Shown piece after piece: positions 22,641 through 34,063 of a DNA stretch of 38,114 nt. Under the pieces are notes generated by a model. The model searched no databases. It had not been told where the DNA came from and saw nothing but the letters and a program-made list of their open reading frames with translations. Position 1 is the stretch's first letter. Every line of letters begins with the position of its first letter. The translations under genes were made by a program, and so were the position numbers. This stretch comes from Macrostomum lignano (taxonomy: Eukaryota): assembly GCA_002269645.1 (NCBI GenBank), contig NIVC01004686.1:1-38114 (forward strand). Reading direction: 5' to 3'.

Positions 22641-23426
22641 GGCTCATTCCATATAAGATGAACATTTTTGGAAAATAGAAAAAAGTCAATATTTTTGCTT
22701 GCCATTGCCTAATTAGCCTATTTTTTTACCAAATGTTTATATTGTGCAATATATACAATCTAAGAATAAAGGAATGGTAAAATGTTGGATTAGTATGTTA
22801 TCAATTGGCAAAAAGTCATTTTTGTAAAAATTTGGACATTTTTCGAAGCAAAAGACATCATTAAGATTTTGTACCTTTTAAAAACAAATAGAAAGCTTTT
22901 GAAGGTTGAAACAAACTATAGATAAAAGTATAGTACTTGCATCATCAGATAAAAGCATTGGTGACCAAATAATCTATTATATTTTTAATGTATTAGTACC
23001 TCAAAGTTACTGAATTGACAGAAAAAAATATGTTACGACCATAATGTTACGACCATAAGGCTGCCTTTTCTTTTGTATCTTTGTTGCCTTTTGAGTTTAT
23101 ATATTCTAATAAAAGAGTATGATTTCTAAAGATGTTCTTAGTCAAATTTTAAAAATGTATTGCAAAATATCAAAAATGAAAAATGTTATAAGACTTTTAC
23201 CTTTTAGTTTCTAAATGTCAAAAAGCCTGTCGTTACGACCATAATTGTCATTTAAGGTTTAATAGCATCTATACTAATGATGATATCTATATGAAACTCT
23301 ATAAATATATTCTAGACAAAATAATCTTTCATTTAAAATATTGGTTTAGTATATTCTATTATTAGATTTCATTTTATAAGTAAAAATAACCTGTCATGTT
23401 ACGACCATGCTTATATGGAATGAGCC
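22641..23426. mobile_element. 786-bp non-autonomous DNA transposon (MITE) with perfect 17-bp TIRs and 4-bp TSD
   Basis: Left GGCTCATTCCATATAAG (22641-22657) and right CTTATATGGAATGAGCC (23410-23426). AGAA flanks both sides (22637-22640, 23427-23430). Internal gttacgaccat repeats. Confidence 0.85.
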
Positions 23427-24950
23427 AGAATCAGTTAAACAATGAGAAGAATTTAACAAACAATTTTGCAGGATTATTCCTTAGCTTCTAGCTATTATTT
23501 TGATTCTTAAAGACAGATTTTTTCATTACCTAACCAAGCTGACCAGTTTCAAGCTGATAAGCTATTTTAGTTTTTTTAGGTATAGGCCTTTAGAGGTCAA
23601 ATGGGATTGAAATCTTCAGGTGAGATTAGGATCGGGAATAATTTTTTTCTAAGGTCTTTTAGGTCAGGTCAGGACAGATAGGTCAGGTCTTTTAGATCAG
23701 GTCTTTTAGTGTATTGTAGTTTGTAGGTTCATATAAAAGTAAACAAAATTAAGCAAAAATGTCAAGATCAAAAAGTAAAACATTTAACAAAATCAATGCA
23801 AAGTTTTGTAACTAACAAAGTAATAATGTAATGAGTACAAGTTAAAACAAAATACATTTAAGTAATCACTAGTTTTATAAATTTTTAATCAAAAGACCTA
23901 TTCTCAATTCTCATGTTTTTAGGGTTGGGATTCTAGTCCCATGGGAATCCAATTTTCCTTGGGATCCCAAGATTTTGAGATCAAGATAAGGATCCCATCT
24001 GACCTCTATAGGCCCTAAGGTTCCTTTTTTAGGCAAAGGTGGCAAATGAAATGAGTTTTGGTAAATAGAATTGAAAAAACACTAAAAATGCCTTTAAAAT
24101 CTGACTGAAGTTGCTAACCTAAATGGCAAGGGTCTACAAAGCCTAACTACTAAGGCTTAGGCCTAATTCTTAACTGGATGCAACTAAACAAAGTTAGGCA
24201 TTCTTTTGGTTTCCCACATTAAATTATTTTAACATGCATTATGCATTCTAGCGTTACTACCATGGCTAGCTAGAAGACCAGCACCAACTACAATTTTACC
24301 TCCTACGGAAATAAGGTACTATAAACTAAATTAGCCCTTACTATCTACACTGTAGTGGATTGATTGAATGACCAATTGACTAGCTTCCTATATTGTATTT
24401 TTCATTTTTTGTTATGCTCACATCCCATAAAAATTTAACGCAGAAAATTGAAAGATAGCCCAAAGTTATAGCAATTAGGCGGTAGGCCTGTTTTAGCAGT
24501 CACTGGTCAGATTGTCATATTCTATTTTGTTATATCGGATAACAAAGTGACCAGAAGCAAAGTAGCTTGAAAAATAATATGACAAAGTGACTGAATATTC
24601 AGTTATGCTAGATACTTTGTCATTACCAATCAATCTATGAGTGATTCGAGTTAGTGTAAACTATTTTTTAATAACTATAAGCTGTGGCAAGTAGAACTAA
24701 TTGATCGACAGGTTTTATCAATTGAGATGACAATATCTCATCACTAGCTACAAAATTACTGGGATCATAGGATTCCAAGTAGGCTTAAATATGTTTTATT
24801 GCCACATTATATCACTTGAATTTGGAACTAATATGATTGGTGGATGACAAAATGACTCTTTTTAGATAGTGTATGTTAATTAAGATGACAAGTGACTATA
24901 GTCGAGGTGAGCACCCCAGACACCCAGATGACAAAATGACTTGACTAGGT

Positions 24951-26713
24951 GGTTCCTAGACACTTTGTCATCTTACCACTTTGTTATCCACTCTTATTGT
25001 TAGACACTACATTATCTTACCACTTGGTCATCCATATTACTAATGTGGAACTTTGTCATCTACTCCCTGGACACTTTGTTATCCACTTTTTGTATGGAAA
25101 AATTTGTTATATGTAACATGTATACTCATATATGCAACTATATAACTATATAACAATATAAAGATAAAGATTAAACATTATACATGCATATATATCTACA
25201 TATAGCTGCCCTCTTCCTTTCATATTCTGGGCTTGGAACCAGACAATGGCGGAGTCACAACCTATAAAGATAGTCAATAAATATTGTGATTTGTAGCTAC
25301 ATATAGGCACAAAGATCAAAAAGTTCACAAAGCACAAAGAAAATAGCATTAAGACCTATACATAAAAATTGCAAAATTAATTCAATCCTTTTTTTCTAAA
25401 TCTATCTAAATCTCTAATATTTGTTTGTTTGTTTGTTTGTATGTCCATAACACTCTAGAGCTCACAAATTTTCTTTACCGATTTTGATCGTGTATTTGCC
25501 AAAAGATTCAAAATTGCTTGGAAAAAAGACAGTTAAAATCTCTTTAATCTGCTTCCAGTGTTAGGCACCATTAATGAAAATCTTAACTTCTGTTAATGGC
25601 AGAAGCATTAGCATTAAAACAAAAAAATCTTAACTTTGAAGCGCTTGCTGTTTTTTGCTAATTGGCTCTTGGCAAAAATGTAAGATGTCTACTATTTTCA
25701 CTTATAAACTAGCTGTTTCTTAAATGTATTTGCTTCTTATATGTGATTTCATACACCATATTTATAATAAAATTCTGGGTTAGAGTATGCTGGCCACTTC
25801 AGTCTTGAGGGGTTAAGTGACCATCTTTGCACTTGCATCCCTCTTGGATCTACCATTGTGGTTAGGTTAGTTGGTTGGAGAATTGGCATGTTGCACTTAT
25901 AGACAGTCTAGCTTAGACTGTATGTGTGTGAAAGGTTGGTTAATTCCCTGCAGGTAGAACAAGGAGAAATCCATTGCATTAAGTAACATCACTCTAGCTT
26001 AGATTGTACTATAAGGTTGTGATTCAAGGGTTGGTTAAGTCCCTGCAAGTAGAGCAAGGAGAAATCCATGGCCACATACTTTGTTGCCTTCCCTGGGTTG
26101 TAGAAGTGATAATGCCAATTTTATGCTTAAGGCATTAAGCAAAGAAGCAAAAATAATTATTAGAGCTTGGCAAGTTTAAACATAGAATAAAATTAGGCAA
26201 TAGTGCAGTTTCTTAATGCGCTAAATGCGCGACCTGATGGCTGCCACGGTCTCTGCCACAATTGTTAGAATGGTTTAAAACATCAATTTGTATTGTTGTT
26301 ATTGTTTTCTGGTTTGGAACTTTCAAATTTAAACGAAAAATAATTTCACAAACGAAACTGCACTATGCCTAAAATTACAATGAGCACTACTTGTACATTA
26401 AAGCATGCATATGCAAAATGTGTATACATTGTGTACATTGGATGCCAATTATAGCGACAAGTTGAATCTCTAAGTGTGTATTTTAATCCTATATTTTACA
26501 GACTAAATTAATTGAGTAACAATTTATAACAATAACAATCGAGTAACAATTTACAGCCTTGCTAAATCTTGGGATGACGAAGTGTCCTCAAAATTTGGTC
26601 ACTTCGTCATCTAGATTTACTAACAATTTTTTGATATGACGAAGAGTCCAAAAACCATGGTCACTTTGTTATCAAGATGACGAAGTGGTTAGATGACGAA
26701 GTGTCCAGGAGCA
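24951..26713. mobile_element. 1763-bp non-autonomous TIR element with 8-bp TSD (Mutator/Merlin-like termini)
   Basis: Left end ggttcctagacactttgtcatcttaccactttg matches the reverse complement of right end gatgacgaagtggttagatgacgaagtgtccaggagca. GACTAGGT is duplicated at 24943-24950 and 26714-26721. No ORF. Confidence 0.78.
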
Positions 26714-27983
26714 GACTAGGTCAAGACCGTCTAGGAACTCTTTTATAAGAAGAAAGTTGACATTTGCTGAATATTTTAAATAATATAATTTTTTAATGCT
26801 ATGAGAGAGATTGTATGAAGCAATAGAAAAAATACTATGAACACAAAAAGAACAGACGAGGGATGCTCGCTACTGAGGTCCCGCTCCCTGCCTAGACCTG
26901 CCTGATTCTGCCTGGTTTCTGAAATAAGTTCTTCCATGAAACCATTTGATAATTTAAGCAAAAAGGCCTTAAAAATGCATGAATGTTTAAATAACTCATG
27001 TTTTGTAAAGTTTTTGCTTAAATTTTTATTTTATTTTTTAATATAATTAAAAATAAATACAGCAGTACAAAACAGTTTGTTGTGTCAGGCATTTTCGAAG
27101 AAAAGTTTAAACACAGCTTCATTGTAGCATTTGAGTGCACAAACATGAAACAACTCATGGGATAGAGGATATAATAAGAACTAACAATATAATAACTTGA
27201 TATAATAAGCTTTTATTGATACATTAAATTGCTGTGTGGAACCGTGTTTCATTACGGTGTGAGAGTTCTTACGCAGGGGTCTAGTCAACAGAAATATAGA
27301 AGTTGTTTTGAAATTATGCTGTTCAATTGGATTGGGTCCGTTTAAACGGTGAACTCGTCCTCGTCCACCGAATTAATTTTGAAATTTCATTCAACAGTAA
27401 CAGTTGGTGAATTTACTCGAGAACCAGGCTTAGTTGACGAAACGACGAGTTTGCCAGTGGCTGTACAGTTAGTTAGGCCTAGGGAAATATTGCCCCCTTG
27501 GATATTGCCATATGTAAAGATATATTTATATCTGCCCCTCCCCCTGATATAAATCCTAATTAAGCATCTACTTTCTTTAATCTTCAAGCTTATTATGACT
27601 TTGTTTTAAATGTAATTACTTTGTTTTATATTTAGCTAATGCAATATAAAATATTTTTTATGAAATCACTAATCAGGCTAGGGCCTACATTTTTTAGTAT
27701 GCAATCCACATTTTGGATCATGTAGTTAATATAGTAATATGCCCAAAATTTTAGATATGCATTGCCATTGGCTTGCACATCAAAAGTAGGCATGCATAGT
27801 TGACATTCATTACTCTTAAAAAATAATATATATATACACCTAGCATGCACTTTATATAACAAAACAGATAGAAAAGTTAGTATTAAATAAAAAAAAGATA
27901 AAGAAAGTTCATTCATTTTTAAGTGTTAGTTTCAAGCATTATAGTTTTTAAAGCTTATTAGTAAGGCATTTAAACAAAGCCTT

Positions 27984-29120
27984 GCTTATATTGATTTTAT
28001 GTTGTAAATTTTATGCTTTGGTAGCAAAAATTACTACTTTGGTAATAGCCATTTTGGTAATAGCCACTTTAGTAACAAATGACAATAATAGTACATGTAT
28101 AGGGCCTATAGCCATATTATTGACATATATGCCCAACCTCAAAATTTCATCTATCTGGTGCAACTTGGTTTTGACTTTTGTCTAGATTTGACTTAGATTT
28201 TCCTAATTGTGACTTAGTTCCTCTCGATTGCAACTTAGGCCTAGTTCCCCGTGATTGCAACTTAATTTTCACTCTATATATAAATTTTTTTGCCCTTGTC
28301 TCTTTTTTCTCTTTCTCTTTCTCTCTTCTCTTCCTTTCTCTCTATTTTCTTTTATTTCTTTTCCTTTTCTCTTCCTCTCCTTTCTTCTACCAATTTTTCA
28401 TTTTTCATGTTTTTGATTTTGTGACTTACCTTGGCTTGTGGCCATTTCACCTATCTAGTTCAAACAGGTTGGACAGGTGTTGGGAATGTATGTTAATTGA
28501 TATGGTCCAAAAGAATGCACCAATGAACTTTTTAAAAAGAACAACAAAAATAATTAGGCCTAAGAAACATTCTTATACACTTTGAGAGATTTAGATTGAT
28601 GAAATAAACTGCAAATCTGCATATGTTTATCTTTTAAAAAAGTGTTTTTATCAATCTATTTTAATTTTGGGATACCTTAGATACATGTACTGTGACATCT
28701 TGTAATTGATCAAATATGATGCACATTAGATTATCTAAGTTAACAATTTAAAACTACAGAATCTACTTTTATCCTTCATTAATTACTTCATTTTCAATTT
28801 CAATGCTTAATTTTCTTTGCTTTCAAATGTTTCATAAAGTTAACATGCAAATTTAAAACAAATTAAAATATAGTTCAACTAGAAAATTAAACCATACATT
28901 GTAATTAAGTATTCAAGATTAAAATTAATTATCTAATTGTTGCAAGAGGTAATTACCATAAAGATATAAAGTTGAAAATTGTAAATCTGCTTTGCTATTG
29001 AACTGGCTGTTATCAAAGTGGCTGTTACCAAAGCAGTCATTTTTTGTTACTGAAGTGGCACTGTGGCAGTTACCAGAGTGGCTGTTACCAAAGTGGATTG
29101 TATTTGTAAATAGTATAAGC
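27984..29120. mobile_element. Putative foldback/MITE element with long inverted subterminal repeats (gtggct[a/g]ttaccaaa)n
   Basis: 28015-28085 and 29000-29098 carry the same short repeat in opposite orientation, with gcttata/tataagc ends. No TSD found. Confidence 0.5.
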
Positions 29121-29514
29121 AAAAAAGCAAAATAATCAAGCACTTAATTTTTTGTATGCATTTGTAATTATTTATTTTTTGTTCAGGCATGCACCTAGCA
29201 TGATCTGGACTATGGCATATAGTCTAGACCTCAACCTGTGCAATTGCTTCCTATTCAGCTAGATCGAGAATAACTTTTAGAAAGTTAAAAAGTACTGAAA
29301 AACCTTTAAAAATGAAAAATCTGTCCATGTTTGTGTCATAGTCATATATATGATTTATATATATGTTAATAATGTCAGAGTTGTTGACTATCATTTTGTC
29401 TATTGCCAATTTTTCTGCCACTCTTGTTTGCAAAAAATATAATGCAAATATTTTGTTCACCACAAAATATAAAGTATAATGTCAGTGCTTAAATTTTATA
29501 GACATGCTTGGGCA

Positions 29515-29668
29515 CAACCTTGGGATTCACTCGGCTGTTTCTATTGGCAACACACACACACACATGTAAGTTGCTATTGGACAGAATAGTAGTCACGTGA
29601 CTGCTCTCAGCCAATAGCGACTTACGTGTGTGTTGCCAATAGAAACAGCCGAGTGAATCTCAAGGTTG
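29515..29668. mobile_element. 154-bp near-perfect hairpin (small MITE-like palindrome, CAACC...GGTTG termini)
   Basis: The arms caaccttgggattcactcggctgtttctattggcaacacac and gtgtgttgccaatagaaacagccgagtgaatctcaaggttg pair almost fully. The centre is agtcacgtgact (29591-29602). Confidence 0.85.
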
Positions 29669-30162
29669 CGCATGTATGTTTATAGAGATAGTAATAAGAT
29701 AATAACAGTTTTATTTAAGAATTTTTTAAAAAATTTACAAAATTGTTGTTTTTTAAGTTTATAAAATAGTTTTGAAAACATTTAATTTAGAATTCTATTT
29801 TTATAGTTCTAAGCCTTTGTGAGCTGCAAAAAGTTTGTTGAAGTCTATAAATCCTCTATGTTTTGCAAAATATTTGCAAATTAAAATTTATAGTAGAAGT
29901 CTTGAAATTTCAAGAATCCTACTTATTATAGCATGTCTGATATTTGAAATTTAACCACGTTTCAATTTAAAAAAAAATGACTTTATTTAACTGGTATCCA
30001 GTTTGAAACAATAACAGAATTCTAATTTCAGATGCCCAAGTTATTGTTTGTGTGTTTTCATTCTTAAAAATATTTTAGCAAACTTTTTTGCATAGGTCTA
30101 ATTGTTTAAAAGGAATGCTTTAACATGTAATAATTTCATATCCTTTATTTTTGAATTCAACA

Positions 30163-30655
30163 ATGAAAATCACCTGCATTGCATTCCTGATCATATTGCT
30201 ATTGTTCATACCAACAGTCATCACTGGCAATAGTGACTCAAATAAGAAGCTGCACTTGTGCCAGAAGGTAGAAGCAACTGCCGCCACAAAGCCATCAGCC
30301 AACAATGATGCGCATGTACTGCTAGTTCACATCCAGCATTCAGATTCCAATGCTGACAAACAATTAGCCACTGTCTCAACTGCAGTGAGTCACGCCATTC
30401 AAATGTCTGGTCAGTCAATTGAATGTCGCTACCGGTTGCTGTCAGCTGGCGAGGCAGATCCTTTGGCGCCTCAGCTGACAGCCCAGCTGCCAGTTGCTTA
30501 TCTGCTGCTCCTGGGCCAGACTGACTGGCAACCGTTGCTGTTTGCGGAGACTGAGCTCACTGGAGACAAGCTGCTGGCCAGGTTGACTGAGCAACCGGCT
30601 GTTGTTCAGGACTTGGATGATGGCAATTTTGAAGGCCTAACCCAGGCTGCCACAG
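30163..30655 (+). CDS. Membrane-anchored thioredoxin-domain protein exon 1
   Basis: ATG at 30163, signal peptide MKITCIAFLIILLLFIPTVITG. Ends VQDLDDGNFEGLTQAATG, matching the L.D.NFE..TQA.TG.TTGDW thioredoxin subfamily motif as recalled. Donor ACAG|gtgagt, phase 1. Confidence 0.88.
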
Positions 30656-30769
30656 GTGAGTAGATAACCATTAATATCCATGCGAAGTTACCTATTCCCT
30701 TTTAAAATTGTTCTTCAGATAATTTGTTACATTTGAGTGGGGTGGCGGTTGCCACCGGTTGGCCTAGCA

Positions 30770-31582
30770 ACTGTGGATCTGGGAGGCTGGCCCAGCAACT
30801 GAGGATCTGATAGGCTGACCCAGCAACTGAGGATCTGATAGGCTGGCCCAGCAACTGAGGATCTGGGAGGCTGGCCCAGCAACTGAGGATCTGGAGGCTG
30901 GCACAGCAACTGAGGATCTGGGAGGCTGGCCCAGCAACTGAGGATCTTAGGAGGCTGGCCCAGCAACTGAGGATCTGGGAGGCTGGCTCAGCAACTGAGG
31001 ATCTGGGAGGCTGGCCCAGCAACTGAGGATCTGGGAGGCTGGCCCAGCAACTGAGGATCTGGGAGGCTGGCCCAGCAACTGAGGATCTTAGGAGGCTGGC
31101 CCAGCAACTGAGGATCTTAGGAGGCTGGCCCAGCAACTGAGGATCTGGGAGGCTGGCCCAGCAACTGAGGATCTTAGGAGGCTGGCCCAGCAACTGAGGA
31201 TCTTAGGAGGCTGGCCCAGCAACTGAGGATCTTAGGAGGCTGGCCCAGCAACTGAGGATCTGGGAGGCTGGCCCAGCAACTGAGGATCTGGGAGGCTGGC
31301 TCAGCAACTGAGGATCTGGGAGGCTGGCCCAGCAACTGGGGATCTGGGAGGCTGGCCCAGCAACTGAGGATCTTAGGAGGCTGGCCCAGCAACTGAGGAT
31401 CTTAGGAGGCTGGCCCAGCAACTGAGGATCTTAGGAGGCTGGCCCAGCAACTGAGGATCTGGGAGGCTGGCCCAGCAACTGAGGATCTGAGAAGCTGGCC
31501 CAGCAACTGAGGATCTGGGAGGCTGGCCCAGCAACTGAGGATCTGGGAAACTCGTGGGCCAGCCAGCAGCTGAGGATCTGAG
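30770..31582. repeat. 28-bp GC-rich minisatellite, array 3, filling the thioredoxin-gene intron
   Basis: Same unit and orientation as the 11.6-kb and 13.1-kb arrays. Private variant gatcttagg. Lies inside intron 30656-31633. Confidence 0.97.
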
Positions 31583-31633
31583 AAGTCAAATTAGAAAGTC
31601 AGATTGAATGAAGATCTCCCCCACTCCACCCAG

Positions 31634-32124
31634 GCAGCACCACAGGCCACTGGCTTGTCGCATTCCTGGATCCCAAAGATGCGCAGCTGTCATCAAAAAC
31701 CCGCATCCTCACCGGCTTGGCCCAGTCGCTTCGCCCGCTGCACGTCAGCGCAGCTCGAGTGCTGCTGACCGAAGCCTCCCACGCCACGGCTGCTCGATTC
31801 GGCATTGCCAAGCCCAACAGTCTGCTGCTGTTCCGGTCCGGGGCCTTCTATAAGCTGCCGCACCAGCTGCACAGCTGGAGACTTGTGCTGGCATTCGCCA
31901 GGCACGGCTACTCAGATGCCAAGAAATTCCCTGTGCCGGCGGCTCCCACGCCATTCGATCACGCTGTTGACGCTGTGGTCGCATTCCTGCTGTCCTTCAA
32001 TGGAGTTGGCGTATCGCCAGTTTACATTGCCATCTGCGCCGGCCTGTTTGTGCTGATGGCTTGCATCATTGCAGTGTGCCTGTGCGCCGGTAAAGGCCTC
32101 TCAAAAGTTACCAAAACTGATTGA
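31634..32124 (+). CDS. Membrane-anchored thioredoxin-domain protein exon 2: redox-inactive Trx fold, TM helix, basic tail
   Basis: Acceptor ccactccacccag|GC (phase 1) gives G-STTGHWLVAFLDPKDAQL. TM VYIAICAGLFVLMACIIAVCLCAG, tail KGLSKVTKTD stop. AATAAA at about 32229. Total 984 nt, or 327 aa plus stop. Confidence 0.88.
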
Positions 32125-32389
32125 GTTTGAGTCTGAGTTGCTTTTATCCACGTTTGTCTTTTTAGCTTATGGTTTCGGTCAGTTCATTGTGTTTACATGT
32201 ATTTATTTGTTTATTTATTTATCTTGCAAATAAATCAGTGTATGCGTGTTTATCGACTACTTTATTAGTTTATTTCATGCTATTTTTTAGCAATATGCCT
32301 GTTGAAATCGTTACCGTGACAGGAATCGGTAAAGAGTGATTGTAAAAAAAACTTGTGACTTATCAACGACGCAAACGACGACAATGCGA

Positions 32390-32625
32390 CTGTTAAGTCA
32401 CGAGAGCATCACGTGATCTGTAGAATCGTAAAAGAGGCTCATAAAATTTACTCAAGAGTCGGTATTTTTGGCGCTTAACTTTCTGCTAAACTCTATAAAC
32501 AAACTAAATTCGAAGTAGATTCGAAATGGCGGTTCTAATTCATAGTGACGCAGACGCGCTTTAGACGCAAGTCAGTGACTCTACAGCGGCTCTGGCACGC
32601 CTCAACTTCGACTCTACAACCTTTG
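32390..32625. mobile_element. Dispersed repeat (MITE-like), copy 2
   Basis: Diverged colinear match to 17270-17450. It also carries gacgcgctttagacgcaa, the near reverse complement of ttgcgtcaaaagcgcgtc in copy 1. Confidence 0.55.
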
Positions 32626-32691
32626 AGTTATCATAGAAGCAAACTGTGTTACACCATTTTCATGGAAATTAAAATTGAAGCCTAAATAAAT

Positions 32692-32765
32692 TCCATGTCC
32701 TCAGTAGCCTACTACTCAATCTCGATAGTAGAAAGTAGAACATTTTAGCATCATTTTTTGTGCGA
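32692..32765 (+). repeat. ~70-bp direct repeat, upstream copy (flanks the INCENP-like gene)
   Basis: tccatgtcctcagtagcctact..agtagaaagtagaacattttagcat aligns with 34738-34808 at roughly 80% identity by eye. A partial third copy lies at 32824-32858. Confidence 0.8.
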
Positions 32766-32889
32766 ACATTTAAAATAATAAATTTAAATAGATTTCATAT
32801 TCTCTATAGCCTGCTCAATTGGATCAGTAGAAAGTAAGACATTTTACCATTATTTTAGTTAAAAGCATTCTAATAGTTTTTTTTTTCAA

Positions 32890-33339
32890 ATGAATTTCAT
32901 GCGTCGTCAGCAGCAGCAGTGGCAGCGTCATGCTGCTGAACAGTTGCGCCGTCGTCAGCAACAGCTGGAAGCCAAACTGGCCGCCGACGCCGAGCGTCTT
33001 CAACGCCAACGCGACGAGGCAAACCGGTTAAGAGCTGAGAAAGCGGCTCAGGCTGAGGCGCGCAGAAGACGCGTGCTTGAGACGGCGCAGCGACTGCAGC
33101 GCGAGCGGCTGCAGCGACTGAAGTCTGGCGCTGCCGCAGCCCATGCTGTCCAGCCGCCTCAAACTCAGACAAAGAAAATTAATTTGAAAACTCCGCGGAC
33201 AGCAAAGCATCGACAGGTCTGCTGCGAGCAGTCCACCGCTGTCAAGGCTGTTTTTAGTGCTGCATCGCCGCAGCAGATGCAGAAATTGGAGCAGATTGTT
33301 GAACTGCGCAAGCCGCTGCTTGATAGTTGTGGAAGCTTG
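32890..33339 (+). CDS. INCENP: INCENP-like gene exon 1: R/E/Q-rich single-alpha-helix or coiled-coil segment
   Basis: ATG at 32890. Helix QRHAAEQLRRRQQQLEAKLAADAERLQRQRDEANRLRAEK. Donor TTG|gtaaga, phase 0, in frame with the acceptor at 34064. The gene assignment rests on the IN-box in exon 2. Confidence 0.65.
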
Positions 33340-33374
33340 GTAAGAATATACCAATTCCCTGACTTTCGTTTCAT

Positions 33375-34050
33375 CATCTATCTGCCCTGCTAGATATCAA
33401 TTTACTAAATCTATCTGCCCTGCTAGATATCAATCTACCAAATATATCTGCCCTGCTAGATATAAATCTACAAAATCTATCTGCCCTGCTATATATCAAT
33501 CTACCAAATCTATCTGCCCTGCTAGATTTCAATCTACCAAATCTATCTGCCCCGCTAGATATCAATCTACCAAATCTATCTGCCCTGCTATATATCAATC
33601 TACCAAATCTATCTGCCCCGCTAGATATCAATCTACCAAATCTATCTGCCCTGCTAGATATCAATCTACCAAATCTATCTGCCCCGCTAGATATCAATCT
33701 ACCAAATCTATCTGCCCTGCTAGATATCAATCTACCAAATCTATCTGCCCTGCTAGATATCAATCTACCAAATCTATCTGCCCCGCTAGATATCAATCTA
33801 CCAAATCTATCTGCCCTGCTAGATATCAATCTACCAAATCTATCTGCCCTGCTAGATATCAATCTACCAAATCTATCTGCCCCGCTAGATATCAATCTAC
33901 CAAATCTATCTGCTCTGCTATATATCAATCTACCAAATCTATCTGCCCCGCTAGATATCAATCTACCAAATCTATCTGCCCCGCTAGATATCAATCTACC
34001 AAATCTATCTGCCCTGCTAGATATCAATCTACCAATTCTATCTGCCCCGA
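33375..34050. repeat. 33-bp minisatellite (ctagatatcaatctaccaaatctatctgccc[t/c]g) filling the INCENP-like intron
   Basis: About 20 tandem copies inside intron 33340-34063. Confidence 0.97.
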
Positions 34051-34063
34051 AAAACCTCCGCAG

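Noticed and set aside
25905-26075. Diverged ~100-bp tandem duplication (ggttggttaa.tccctgca.gtaga.caaggagaaatcca)
   Set aside because: Real but internal to the TIR element, with only two copies and no sign of function.
24952-26738. Alternative element boundaries using the exact gttcctagac/gtctaggaac pair
   Set aside because: No TSD at those ends. The 24951-26713 boundaries give an 8-bp TSD and a longer TIR match.
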